A program made the translations under genes and the position numbers. From positions 1-51,566 of the forward strand of contig JAVBNQ010000009.1 in assembly GCA_031551405.1 (NCBI GenBank): DNA of 51,566 nucleotides. Direction: 5' to 3'. The DNA comes from a bacterium. Its GTDB lineage: Bacteria > RUG730. Positions 17,656 to 27,729 of the stretch are shown piece by piece. Under the pieces are notes generated by a model. The model was not told the origin of the DNA and did no database searches. It saw nothing but the letters and a program-made list of their open reading frames with translations. Every line of letters begins with the position of its first letter. Within the stretch, counting starts at the first letter, position 1.

Positions 17656-18654
17656 ATGATAATTGTGACGGGCGGAGCGGGACTTATCGGGAGCGCTTTG
17701 ATTTGGCAACTGAATCAATACGGGAAAAAAAATATTTTAATTGTCGATAGTTTAGGAAATTCAGAAAAATGGAAAAATTTGGTTGGCATAAAATTTGCTG
17801 ATTATATTGATAAAAAAAAGTTTTTAGAAAAAATTTTAGCTGGCGATTACGACAAAGACAATATAGAGACAATATTCCATTTTGGAGCATGCTCAAATAC
17901 TCAAGAAAGTGACGCGAATTATTTGATTGAAAACAACTACGAATATAGTAAAATATTGGCAAAATTTTGCAAAACTAAAAATATTCAATTCATTTATGCT
18001 TCGAGCGCAGCTACTTATGGCGATGGAGAAAATGGATACAGTGAAAAAGAGCTTAAACTGAAACCTTTGAACATGTACGGTTATTCGAAGCATTTATTCG
18101 ATCTTTGGCTTATCGAACAAAAATATTTTAAAGACGTAAAAAACAAAATAATCGGCATAAAATTTTTTAATGTATTCGGGCCAAACGAAAACCACAAAAA
18201 TGATATGCGAAGTATGATTAATAAAGCTTTTTTTCAAATTAAAGAAACCGGCAAAATAAGTTTGTTCAAATCTTACAAAAAAGAATTTGCTGACGGTGAT
18301 CAAAAAAGAGATTTTGTTTACGTAAAAGATGCTGTCAAAATAGTTCTATCACTTGCAGAAAAACAAAAAAAATCGAAGAAAAACATTAGCGGCGTATATA
18401 ATTTAGGCTCCGGGAAAACGCATTCGTGGAATGAATTGGCAAACGCAATATTTTTAGCAATGAAATTAAAACCAAAAATAGAATACGTTGATATGCCTGG
18501 ATTTTTAAAAGACAAATATCAGTATTTCACGCAAGCTGATATGAAAAAAACGTTTTCTGTAGTCGGAAATTATAAATTTTACGATCTAAAGGCCGCTGTT
18601 TCGGATTATGTGAGGAATTACCTCGCAAAAGATTTATATTTGGAAAGCGAATAA
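17656..18654 (+). CDS. hldD: ADP-L-glycero-D-manno-heptose-6-epimerase
   Basis: MIIVTGGAGLIGS, YASSAATYG, PLNMYGYSK, FNVFGPNE, RDFVYVKD, KYQYFTQAD. Confidence 0.95.
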   Translation: MIIVTGGAGLIGSALIWQLNQYGKKNILIVDSLGNSEKWKNLVGIKFADYIDKKKFLEKILAGDYDKDNIETIFHFGACSNTQESDANYLIENNYEYSKILAKFCKTKNIQFIYASSAATYGDGENGYSEKELKLKPLNMYGYSKHLFDLWLIEQKYFKDVKNKIIGIKFFNVFGPNENHKNDMRSMINKAFFQIKETGKISLFKSYKKEFADGDQKRDFVYVKDAVKIVLSLAEKQKKSKKNISGVYNLGSGKTHSWNELANAIFLAMKLKPKIEYVDMPGFLKDKYQYFTQADMKKTFSVVGNYKFYDLKAAVSDYVRNYLAKDLYLESE

Positions 18655-19241
18655 TGCCAATAAAAATCATTGCCGGCGACTTCAAAAATTTCGTTTTAAA
18701 AAGCACAATCGAAACAGAAATCACGCGTCCTATTTTAGCTCGAGTAAAAAAATCACTTTTCGATATTTTGTCTCCAAATCTTAAAAATGCAAATTTCCTC
18801 GATCTTTTTTGCGGAACCGGAGCAATTGGGATTGAAGCTCTTTCTCGAGGAGCCGCAAAAGCAACTTTTGTAGATAAAGACAAAAAAGGCTGTAAATGTA
18901 CGACGGAAAATATTCGGCTTTGCAAAGTTACCGAAAAAGCGAATTTATTTTGCATGGACGTATTTGATTTTTTGGGAAATTTTGCGAGCGAGAAATTTGA
19001 CTTAATTTTTGCAGGACCGCCGTACCCGTTTAATTTCGTCAATAAAATTTTAGAAGCTTTAGTTAATTCAAATATTTTACACGACGAAACGATAATTATA
19101 ATTCAGCACGAAAAACGAGAAAAAGTCCTTGAATGTGTTAATAATGTCAGCAAAAACAAAAAATTGCTGAAATTTAGAGAAAAGGTTTACGGACATACAA
19201 TTTTGTCTTTTTGGAAAATTGAATCTCAAGAAATAAAGTAG
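18654..19241 (+). CDS. rsmD: 16S rRNA m2G966 methyltransferase RsmD
   Basis: KIIAGDFK, TRP, KKSLFDIL, FLDLFCGTGAIGIEALSRGA, GPPY, YG. Confidence 0.92.
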   Translation: MPIKIIAGDFKNFVLKSTIETEITRPILARVKKSLFDILSPNLKNANFLDLFCGTGAIGIEALSRGAAKATFVDKDKKGCKCTTENIRLCKVTEKANLFCMDVFDFLGNFASEKFDLIFAGPPYPFNFVNKILEALVNSNILHDETIIIIQHEKREKVLECVNNVSKNKKLLKFREKVYGHTILSFWKIESQEIK

Positions 19242-19390
19242 CCAGATTAATTGCGACGATAAATTAAAAATTTTTCCGATTTTAAAACTATTTTCTTGGA
19301 ACCCACACTAAAAAAAACAGCTTTTTAAGTCGAGAAAATATTCTATGAACGAACTTTTCCCTGACCAAATTCATCCAAGAGAGACAAATC

Positions 19391-21523
19391 ATGACTGAAA
19401 AATTATACGTTTCATTTTTTTGGCATCAGCACCAGCCGTACTACAAAAACGACTTGACAGGAAGATATATTTTGCCGTGGGTGCGGCTACATTCCGTCAA
19501 AGACTATTACGATATGGTCGCGATACTCGAGAATTACCAAAATGTTAAAATGACGTTCAATCTCGTTCCGTCGTTATTACTGCAAATTAAGGATTATGTG
19601 GAAAATGGCGCGCGCGATGATTTCTGGATAATTAGTGCAAAAAACGTAAATGAACTTACTTCCGACGACAAATTTTTCCTCGTCAAAAACTTTTTTCTTT
19701 GTAATTGGGCCAGGATGGTTGAGCCTCATCCGAGATATAAACAGCTTTTGGAAATCCGCGGAAAAAACTCAAATGACGACTTCTTGAAAAATTTAATTGG
19801 GAAGCTTGATAATCAGTATTTTTTGGATTTGCAAGTTTGGTTTAATTTATGTTGGGTGGACCCGTATTTTAAGACGAGAGACAATTTTATTAAATATTTG
19901 TTCGAAAAAGGCGAGAATTTTAATGAAAGCGAGAAGTTAAAATTACTCGAAAAACATATTGAAATTATGGGGAAAATCATCCCAAAACACAAAGAATTAT
20001 TCGACAAAAAACAAATCGATCTGTCCACCTCACCATTTTATCACCCGATTTTGCCGCTTTTGATTGATTCATCTATCAGCAAAATTTCCTCACCGATAAA
20101 ACCAACTCCAAAAAATAAATTTACACACAAAGAAGACGCAAGAGCTCAAATTGAAAATGGCTTGAAATATTTCGAGGAAATTTTTGAGAAAAAACCAAGC
20201 GGAATGTGGCCTTCCGAAGGCTCAGTTTCGAACGAAGTTTTGGATTTGATGCAAGAATTTGGAATAAAATGGCTGGCTACGGACGAAGACATTTTGTTCA
20301 ACTCTCTAAACTTGAGCAGGAACCGTAATGATCTTTACAACGCCTACAAATACAAAAATTTGAGCCTGGTTTTCAGGGACAAAAGATTGTCGGACTTGAT
20401 TGGTTTCACTTATTCGAATATGAACGCGAGAATTGCCGTCAATGATTTTATGGATAATTTGAGGAATATAAAAAACAATTTACCTCGAGGAGAAAATAAT
20501 ATCGTAAATATAATTTTGGATGGAGAAAATTGCTGGGAATATTTTGAAAACGACGGAAACGAATTTTTAAACGAGCTTTATTCTGCATTAAATAATTCCG
20601 ATGAATTTGAGACGATTACTATTTCTGAATATCTCGATAAATTCGGGACAAAAAATAATCTTGATAATATTTGGCCCGGCTCGTGGATCAATTCTAATTT
20701 TGATATTTGGATCGGGCATCCCGAGGACAATGACGCTTGGGATTGGCTTTACAAAACGCGGAATTTTCTCGAAAAAAAAATGACGTCGGAATCTATCGAA
20801 AATAATACTTTAATGAGAGCTTGGAATGAAATTCATATTGCAGAAGGAAGCGACTGGTTTTGGTGGTACGGCGACGACCACAGCTCAAGCAATGACTCGG
20901 AATATGACAGTATGTTCAGGCAGCACTTGCAAAATGTCTACAAACTTTTGGGCGAAGAATATCCGGCTAAATTAGATGATTCTATCCGAGATCACATTGT
21001 AAAAAGCAGTAATTTCCAGTACACACCTATTTATTTCATCACTCCGACTATCGATGGAAAAAACACCAACTTTTTTGAATGGTACAATGCCGGTTTCTAT
21101 TCGACAGAAAAATCCGGGGCTGCTATGCATAAAGTCACGAACATTGTAAAAAATTTTTATTATGGCTATGACTTGGAAAATTTTTATATGAAAATCGAAC
21201 CTCGTTTAAACTTCACGAAAACAAATAAAAACATCGAGTTTTTAATTGATTTTGACAATAATTTGAAAGCCAGGGTGTACAAGTCAAAAAACGAATATTT
21301 AGTGGCGCTAAAAAATTTAGATGAATCTATCATAGAATTGCCGAAAGATTGTATTGGAGCCGATGATTGTATCGAGATAAAAATTCCGTTCACGTATTTT
21401 GGAACAAAACCACAAAATCTGAGTTTCACACTAAAAGCTTTGAAATTTGACCTCGAAATGGAAATTTGGCCTAGCGATGACAAAATCCAACTGAATATCA
21501 TAGAAAATAAATTTTTTTGGTAA
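19391..21523 (+). CDS. Glycoside hydrolase family 57 (amylopullulanase-like)
   Basis: WHQHQPYY, LPWVRLH, PFYHPILPL, GMWPSEGSVS (nucleophile), ILDGENCWEYF (acid/base), AEGSDWFWW. Confidence 0.93.
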   Translation: MTEKLYVSFFWHQHQPYYKNDLTGRYILPWVRLHSVKDYYDMVAILENYQNVKMTFNLVPSLLLQIKDYVENGARDDFWIISAKNVNELTSDDKFFLVKNFFLCNWARMVEPHPRYKQLLEIRGKNSNDDFLKNLIGKLDNQYFLDLQVWFNLCWVDPYFKTRDNFIKYLFEKGENFNESEKLKLLEKHIEIMGKIIPKHKELFDKKQIDLSTSPFYHPILPLLIDSSISKISSPIKPTPKNKFTHKEDARAQIENGLKYFEEIFEKKPSGMWPSEGSVSNEVLDLMQEFGIKWLATDEDILFNSLNLSRNRNDLYNAYKYKNLSLVFRDKRLSDLIGFTYSNMNARIAVNDFMDNLRNIKNNLPRGENNIVNIILDGENCWEYFENDGNEFLNELYSALNNSDEFETITISEYLDKFGTKNNLDNIWPGSWINSNFDIWIGHPEDNDAWDWLYKTRNFLEKKMTSESIENNTLMRAWNEIHIAEGSDWFWWYGDDHSSSNDSEYDSMFRQHLQNVYKLLGEEYPAKLDDSIRDHIVKSSNFQYTPIYFITPTIDGKNTNFFEWYNAGFYSTEKSGAAMHKVTNIVKNFYYGYDLENFYMKIEPRLNFTKTNKNIEFLIDFDNNLKARVYKSKNEYLVALKNLDESIIELPKDCIGADDCIEIKIPFTYFGTKPQNLSFTLKALKFDLEMEIWPSDDKIQLNIIENKFFW

Positions 21524-21532
21524 GGAGAAAAA

Positions 21533-22234
21533 ATGGGTTTGGAAAAAATAATTGTAGCTCTCGACGTTGACACGCGAGAAGAAGCCTTGAATATCGTGAA
21601 AAAACTTGGAAAACGAATTGAATTTTACAAAATCGGATCAGTTTTATTCACGAAATATGGCGCAGATTTTGTTAAAGAATTGAAAAATCTGGGGAAAAAA
21701 GTATTCCTCGACTTAAAATATCACGATATACCAAACACAGTTTCTAACGCGATAAAAAATGCTATTGATCTAAAAGTCGACATGATTACTTTGCACACGA
21801 TTGGCGGTTTTGAAATGATGCGAGAAGCGGTTTTGACAGTCGATAAAAATGGTAAAGCTGGAAACAAACCGATTCTACTTGGCGTAACGGTTTTGACGAG
21901 CATGAAAACGAAAGATTTGCGAGAAATCGGCCTCAATCGAACAGTCGAGAGCCAGGTAAAAAAACTGGCGAAACTCGCTACATTCGCAGGACTCAAAGGA
22001 TTTGTCTGTTCAGCAAAAGAAATAAAACTTGTTCGGAAAATCACTGGGAAGAACGGTATAATCGTGGTTCCAGGAATCAGATTAGATGGCGACGAAGCCG
22101 GTGATCAAAAACGCGTAGCAACTCCGACAGAAGCTATTAAGAACGGCGCATCGTATCTTGTTATGGGCCGAACTATTTTGAGCGCGAAAAACATCGACGA
22201 AACTTTGGACAAAATTGAGGCAGAAATTTCATAA
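21533..22234 (+). CDS. pyrF: Orotidine-5'-phosphate decarboxylase
   Basis: IIVALD, FLDLKYHDIPNTV, VTVLTS, VPGIR, DQKRVATP, VMGR. Confidence 0.97.
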   Translation: MGLEKIIVALDVDTREEALNIVKKLGKRIEFYKIGSVLFTKYGADFVKELKNLGKKVFLDLKYHDIPNTVSNAIKNAIDLKVDMITLHTIGGFEMMREAVLTVDKNGKAGNKPILLGVTVLTSMKTKDLREIGLNRTVESQVKKLAKLATFAGLKGFVCSAKEIKLVRKITGKNGIIVVPGIRLDGDEAGDQKRVATPTEAIKNGASYLVMGRTILSAKNIDETLDKIEAEIS

Positions 22235-22235
22235 A

Positions 22236-23033
22236 TTATTTTATCGCATTATCTTTGCTTGGAAATTTTTTATTTTTTACGTCTTGAGAATATTTTTTTG
22301 CAACTTTTCGAAATATCTCACCAACATTTTCATAAATCTTGACGAACTTTTTCGGTTTATCAAAATTCATATTGACAATATCTTCAAAAACCAAAATTTG
22401 TCCGTCGCAAAACCTTCCGGATCCAATTCCAATTGTAGGAATTTCTAAAGCTTTCGTGATTTTTTTTGCAAATTCTTCCGGGATACATTCGAGCAAAATC
22501 GCGAAAACGCCTAAATCCTCAAGTAATTTCGCATCATCCATCAATTTTTTTTGTTCTTTTTCGCCTCTCGCCTGGACTTTATAGGAACCCATAACATTTA
22601 TCGACTGCGGCGTCAATCCCAAATGCCCCATTACAGGGATTCCGGAGTTAATTATCGCTTCAATTTTGTCGGCTACTTCGGCGCCGCCCTCGAGTTTCAC
22701 TGCATTGACTTTTCCGTATTTTATTATATTGCCGGCATTCATGACTGCTGTTTCAGTCGACGCTTGATATGACATAAACGGCATATCTCCAACGAGAAGG
22801 CTGCTCTTATTGCCGCGCTCGACGATCTGAGCATGATAAATAATATCTTCAACTTCGACCGGCAAAGTATTTTCGTAGCCTAGGACAACATTTCCAAGCG
22901 AATCACCTACCAAAATTATATCGAGATTCGCTTCGTCGAAAATTTTAGCGTTAAAATACGAATAACACGTGAGAGCAGAAATTTTTTCCGTGTTTTTCAT
23001 GAATTTTATGTCATTAATATTTTTTCTTCGCAT
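22236..23033 (-). CDS. panB: 3-methyl-2-oxobutanoate hydroxymethyltransferase
   Basis: ILVGDSLG, GDMPFMSY, VKLEGG, GHLGLTPQS, TIGIGSG, DGQILV. Confidence 0.97.
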   Translation of the reverse strand: MRRKNINDIKFMKNTEKISALTCYSYFNAKIFDEANLDIILVGDSLGNVVLGYENTLPVEVEDIIYHAQIVERGNKSSLLVGDMPFMSYQASTETAVMNAGNIIKYGKVNAVKLEGGAEVADKIEAIINSGIPVMGHLGLTPQSINVMGSYKVQARGEKEQKKLMDDAKLLEDLGVFAILLECIPEEFAKKITKALEIPTIGIGSGRFCDGQILVFEDIVNMNFDKPKKFVKIYENVGEIFRKVAKKYSQDVKNKKFPSKDNAIK

Positions 23034-23075
23034 TTTTGTTTCCTTTTTTCAAATTTCAAATTTTTTCACAAAAAT

Positions 23076-23318
23076 CTATTCTTCCTTAAAATTCTCGTCA
23101 AAATCTTGGAGCTCTTTTTCACCATTTTTTGAATCCACCAAAATCTGAATTTTTTTCTTGGCTTCATCCAATTTTTTTGAGCAGAAATTGCAGAGTTCAA
23201 AACCTTGCTCAAAAAGTTTTATAGCTTCGTCCAGCTCGATTTCGTTATTTTCCAGTTTCTCGACGATTATTTCTATTTGTTTTATGGCTGCTTCGAATTT
23301 CAAGGTTTTGTTATTCAT
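23076..23318 (-). CDS. xseB: Exodeoxyribonuclease VII small subunit
   Basis: FEAAIKQIEIIVEKLE...LDEAIKLFEQG...C...L..A; adjacent to xseA. Confidence 0.93.
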   Translation of the reverse strand: MNNKTLKFEAAIKQIEIIVEKLENNEIELDEAIKLFEQGFELCNFCSKKLDEAKKKIQILVDSKNGEKELQDFDENFKEE

Positions 23319-24654
23319 AAATTTTGTTTTTTCCTAATCTCAAAACTTGGCATAAAATTTCCAAATTTTCCGTTAATATTTGAATTTTATCATTTTTTTT
23401 AAGATTTTGCGTATTTAAAATTTTTTTGTTTTCATCAAAAAGAACAGCATAGCCTCGTGAAATAATTTTTTTCGGAGACAAGTTCGCGAGCTTTCCTTCG
23501 ATAAGTCCGAGTTTGTACGCTTTTTTATCCAAAATTTTTGCGTAAATTCTTTCAATGTTTTCCCTAAAAAAATCTAAAACTTGAATTTTCTCGTCAATAA
23601 AAAGCAGAGGATTTTGCAAAAATTTACTGATTTTTAAAAACTCGAAATCCGCAATCTTTGCTTCGACAAGAAATTTCACTTCACTAAAAATTTTATGTTT
23701 AAAAAAATCGATTTTTGCTTTTAGTTCGCGTTTATCAGAAATAACGAGTTCTGCAGCTGCCGACGGAGCTGGCGCACGCAAATCAGACACAAAATCCGCA
23801 ATCGTGAAATCAACTTCGTGCCCGACGCAAGATATTATTGGAATTTCTGATTCAAAAATGCTTCGTGCAACTAATTCCTCATTAAAAGCCCACAAATCCT
23901 CGATGCTTCCTCCGCCTCGTCCAAGCAAAATCACGTCGACATCGCGTAAATTTTCGTTAAAATATTTCAAAGCCTCGCAAATCTCAAATTTTGCAGTCTC
24001 ACCCTGAACGCGAACAGGAAAAATTATCGCATTAATGTTCGAATATCTACGATTCAAAACTGCCAAAATATCTCGGATAGCTGCTCCGGTTGGCGAAGTG
24101 ATAATTCCGATTTTCTGCGGTAGAATCGGGAGTTGTTTTTTGTGCGTCCGGTCGAACAGGCCTTCTTTCAAAAGTTTTTCTTTTAGTTGTTCAAACGCGA
24201 GTTGTAGCGCGCCGATCCCTTTCGGTTCCATATAAAACGCGACGAGTTGATAAATTCCGGCTTTAACGAAGGAAGAAACGTCTCCTTTCAGCAAAACTTT
24301 TGTGCCGTCTTTTGGCGCGAATTTCAATAATTTGTACAAATTGTTGAACATGACGGCTTTTATCTGCGCGCCCCCGTCTTTCAACGTGAAATAAAAATGC
24401 CCCGATGACTGTAATTTGCCGTTTGAGATTTCGCCTTCGACCCAAATCTCTTGAAAATTTTTATCGAGTAATTCCTTGATTTTTTGGCTGATTTCGCTTA
24501 CTGAAAAAATTTGTCTAAAAGCTTTTTGTTGACTAGAATTTTCGTGATTTTTCGATTTTTGCGTTTTTTTTGATTTATTTTCATCTGTAAACATATCGAA
24601 AAATAATTCATTTTCGTTGTAAGAAATTTTCGTTTTAGAATTTTTTTTAGTCAT
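23311..24654 (-). CDS. xseA: Exodeoxyribonuclease VII large subunit
   Basis: WVEGEISN, SGHFYFTLKD, ITSPTGAAIRD, RGGGSIEDLWAFNEE, VGHEVD; start ATG 24654 or TTG 24669. Confidence 0.96.
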   Translation of the reverse strand: MTKKNSKTKISYNENELFFDMFTDENKSKKTQKSKNHENSSQQKAFRQIFSVSEISQKIKELLDKNFQEIWVEGEISNGKLQSSGHFYFTLKDGGAQIKAVMFNNLYKLLKFAPKDGTKVLLKGDVSSFVKAGIYQLVAFYMEPKGIGALQLAFEQLKEKLLKEGLFDRTHKKQLPILPQKIGIITSPTGAAIRDILAVLNRRYSNINAIIFPVRVQGETAKFEICEALKYFNENLRDVDVILLGRGGGSIEDLWAFNEELVARSIFESEIPIISCVGHEVDFTIADFVSDLRAPAPSAAAELVISDKRELKAKIDFFKHKIFSEVKFLVEAKIADFEFLKISKFLQNPLLFIDEKIQVLDFFRENIERIYAKILDKKAYKLGLIEGKLANLSPKKIISRGYAVLFDENKKILNTQNLKKNDKIQILTENLEILCQVLRLGKNKIYE

Positions 24655-24683
24655 AATTTTTATTTTCAAAACGCATAAATTTT

Positions 24684-25039
24684 GAGACTGACACCTAATA
24701 AAGTTCTATTCAAGTCGAAAAAAAATTTTTCGAGCCGGAAAACGAGAGAATTTGGTTTTTATTTTTGCGATTGAAAAAGAAAAAAGCTTTTCAATTTCCG
24801 TCTAAATGCTAAAGACAGTAATCTTGTTTTGACCAAAAGTTTATCAAATTTATTTGTTACTTTTCTTTGCTTGTGACCTGCGGTCAGCATGCTTGGCAGA
24901 GACAAAAAGTTTAAAGTAAAATCTCCATTCGAAGCCACGAAAAAAACAAAAAGCGAGAAATTTTTGCGAAGCGGCAGCTATTGCCTGTCGTGTGAGGACA
25001 TCGTCTACAAAGCTCAGCAAATTAAATATTGTCAGCCCA
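24684..25039 (+). mobile_element. Dispersed element copy B, MITE-like (imperfect TIR, possible 8-bp TSD)
   Basis: Left end GAGACTGACA; right end reverse complement TGGGCTGACA, identical to the copy A left end; flanked on both sides by taaatttt; first ~190 nt homologous to copy C. Confidence 0.65.
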
Positions 25040-25931
25040 TAAATTTTTTAAATACGTCTTTTTTTATCACGAACAACAAAATATTACAAATTCCCAAAAT
25101 CAAAATTCCACAAACGCCTTTGACGCCAATAATTATGTCATTTGCGCCAACGACAAAAAATGTCGCCAAAAAATACGTCGCATTCAAAATTCCCAAAAAA
25201 AGTGAGACATAAAGCAAAGAATCCGTTTTTTCCCGGATAAAAAACAAAATCGGCGTGATAAGGATATGCCAACTTAAAATCAAAAAAGCATTGATGAGAT
25301 GAGAATTTTTGCCGAAAAATCCAAGAAAAACGAACGGAATATAAAACATTCCCCACCAAAATCCGACGTAAATTCCGGCCTTAAAAATACCGATTTTTTT
25401 AAACTCATCATAAAGAAGTCCGACCCAACCAATCATTTCCAAAAAATAAAAAATCGCGCCGCTCGTCATTCCGACTATAATTCCAACGAAAAGATTTAAA
25501 GCCCAAAAATATTCCACACTAAAATCACTCGCGAATTTTTTGAAAATGCTTAACTTTGCTTCGTCAAAAAGCAGTGAATATTTTGCTAACAAAACTTCCA
25601 ATTGCCTCGAAAAATAAATTCCCGGCAAAAAAATATCAAACAAAAATACGAGAACTTCAATTAAAAAAACAGAATAAATTACCAGCAAAATTTTTGAGTC
25701 TAAACAAATTTTTAAAAAATATTTTTCCCAAAAAAGTTCGCGATAAATCAAACTTTTGACTATAAAAACTGAGTTGAAAGATATTAATGCAAAAATAAAA
25801 TTTGCGAAAAATGGATGCGAAACTAAAAATGGACTAAGATTCTTGAAATATAAAAAAAACGCGAACAAATATCCAAAAAATAACGTAAAAAATATAAACA
25901 AAAAACTTTTGTTTTTTTGATGAACCAGCAT
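25032..25931 (-). CDS. CPBP/Abi (CAAX protease)-like membrane protein, catalytic motifs degenerate
   Basis: Highly hydrophobic; LEMIGWVGLLYDEF (cf. EExGWRG), GFWWGMFYIP (cf. WGxWHxP), REKTDSLL, LGILN (cf. HxxxN). Confidence 0.6.
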   Translation of the reverse strand: MLVHQKNKSFLFIFFTLFFGYLFAFFLYFKNLSPFLVSHPFFANFIFALISFNSVFIVKSLIYRELFWEKYFLKICLDSKILLVIYSVFLIEVLVFLFDIFLPGIYFSRQLEVLLAKYSLLFDEAKLSIFKKFASDFSVEYFWALNLFVGIIVGMTSGAIFYFLEMIGWVGLLYDEFKKIGIFKAGIYVGFWWGMFYIPFVFLGFFGKNSHLINAFLILSWHILITPILFFIREKTDSLLYVSLFLGILNATYFLATFFVVGANDIIIGVKGVCGILILGICNILLFVIKKDVFKKFMG

Positions 25932-25932
25932 T

Positions 25933-27057
25933 TTATAAAAAATCAGTTGACAAAATCACCAAGTTGTCTCGATGAATCGCTACTTTTTTGAAATTTTGTC
26001 CAAATAAAATTTTTAGCTCGCTCGTATTTTTCCCAATCATTTTTGTAAGCTCGGCTGATCCAAACTCAACCATACCTTTTGCGATAATTTTATCAGTCGA
26101 CGCCTTGACATCAACTACGTCGCCTTCCTTAAAATCTCCAAAAATCTCCGTGATTCCGGCTGTTAAAAGACTTTTTCCTTTTTCTAAAACCGCGAGTTCT
26201 GCGCCTTTGTCGATGGAAATCGAGCCTTTGATTTTTGCGCTGAAAACCAACCAACTTTGCTTTTGATTAAAAAATTTCTCCGCCGGCAAAAATTTTGTTC
26301 CAATTTCGTAATTTTGAAATAAATTTTTTAAGACTGCAGGTTTTTTCCCGTTAGCGATAAAAACTTCGACGCCGGAAAAACACGCGATTTGTGCAGCTTT
26401 AAATTTCGTCACCATTCCACCGGTTCCTCGTTTAGTCCCGGATTTCGACGAAAATTCTATGTCAAGATTTTTGAAATTCTGAATTTCGATCTTTTTGATG
26501 AGCTTAGCGTCTTTGTTTTCTCTAGGATTCGAGGTAAAAACACCGTCGACATCCGTCAAAATCACAAGCTCATTTGCTTTCATTTTTGCAGCAACAAGAG
26601 CTGACAGCGTGTCATTGTCACCAAATTTTATCTCAGAGATTGAAACAACGTCATTCTCGTTTACTATAGGGATTATGCCTTTTTTTAACAATGTAAAAAC
26701 TGTGTTTTTTATATTCAAATATCTCTCGCGATCATCGATTTGCGCTTTTGTCAAAAGAACTTGACCGACGATTCTGTTGTATTTTGCAAAAGATTTGTTG
26801 TAATGATTCATAAGCTCGACTTGACCTATGCTCGCTAACGCCTGTTTTTCCGAGATGTCTTTTGGTTTTACGCTCAAATTCAAAAGCCCAACGCCAGTCG
26901 CTATTGCCCCGGAGGTCACGATAATTATCTCATCGCCTTGACTCAAAACGTTTTTGTAAATTATCGATGCAATTTTGTCTAAATATTTTTTGTTCAGCCT
27001 ACCGTCGTCGTTCGTTAATAAGCTGCTTCCTAATTTCAAAACGTATAGTTTTTTCAT
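25933..27057 (-). CDS. proB: Glutamate 5-kinase with PUA domain
   Basis: VLKLGSSLL, VTSGAI, PIVNEND, FGDNDTLSA, GTGGMVTK, SLLTAGI, IHRDNL. Confidence 0.97.
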   Translation of the reverse strand: MKKLYVLKLGSSLLTNDDGRLNKKYLDKIASIIYKNVLSQGDEIIIVTSGAIATGVGLLNLSVKPKDISEKQALASIGQVELMNHYNKSFAKYNRIVGQVLLTKAQIDDRERYLNIKNTVFTLLKKGIIPIVNENDVVSISEIKFGDNDTLSALVAAKMKANELVILTDVDGVFTSNPRENKDAKLIKKIEIQNFKNLDIEFSSKSGTKRGTGGMVTKFKAAQIACFSGVEVFIANGKKPAVLKNLFQNYEIGTKFLPAEKFFNQKQSWLVFSAKIKGSISIDKGAELAVLEKGKSLLTAGITEIFGDFKEGDVVDVKASTDKIIAKGMVEFGSAELTKMIGKNTSELKILFGQNFKKVAIHRDNLVILSTDFL

Positions 27058-27707
27058 GAATTATTTTTCCTACAAATTTTTTCACGAGCATTTGCCTGCA
27101 TTTTTTCATAATCTTTTTCAGACAGTCCTAAACCAGTCAAAATTGAAAGAATTTGCGTTTTAGACAAAATGTTCTCCGGTAAATGCACGTCATTGCAAAA
27201 AACCAATTTTGTGCCAATTTTATTCGCAAGACCAGCAACATGCGCATTTGTTTGGGTGTGCCAATTTCTCGACGTGATTTCAAGACAAACATCATTTTCT
27301 TTTGCAAGTTTTACCTCATCTTCCGTGATTTCTCCTGGATGCGCCAAAACATCAACTCGCGCCTCGATAGCTTTCAAATTAGTGAGTTTTGGAACATTTT
27401 CAGCAACAGTCTCGCCGTGAACTACAACGATTTCAGCGCCATAATCTCTACATTTTTTTACCAGATCTTTTAAATCTTCCGGAGGAACATACGTCAATTC
27501 TACTCCCGGCAAAACTTGTATTTCGTAACCTTCTTCGAGTGAGGGTTTCACGGTTTTGGCTGCATCGATAATCTCTTTATAATTTGAGTAATCAGCGTGA
27601 TCAGTAATCGCGATTGTAGTATATCCGGTCAGCTTCGCTCTATAAACAAGTTCGGAAATACTCAAAACTCCGTCGCTCATGAAAGTATGCGCGTGTAATT
27701 CTATCAT
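27054..27707 (-). CDS. PHP-family phosphoesterase (histidinol-phosphate phosphatase-like)
   Basis: ELHAHTFMSDG, AITDH, GVELTYVPP, VVHGET, LAHPG, NDVH. Confidence 0.85.
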   Translation of the reverse strand: MIELHAHTFMSDGVLSISELVYRAKLTGYTTIAITDHADYSNYKEIIDAAKTVKPSLEEGYEIQVLPGVELTYVPPEDLKDLVKKCRDYGAEIVVVHGETVAENVPKLTNLKAIEARVDVLAHPGEITEDEVKLAKENDVCLEITSRNWHTQTNAHVAGLANKIGTKLVFCNDVHLPENILSKTQILSILTGLGLSEKDYEKMQANAREKICRKNNS

Positions 27708-27729
27708 TTTTTTCTCCGATTATTTTCCG

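Noticed and set aside
24889-25212. 107-aa plus-strand ORF starting in repeat copy B, considered as a transposase remnant
   Set aside because: No DDE or HUH motif; mostly antisense to the CPBP-like gene
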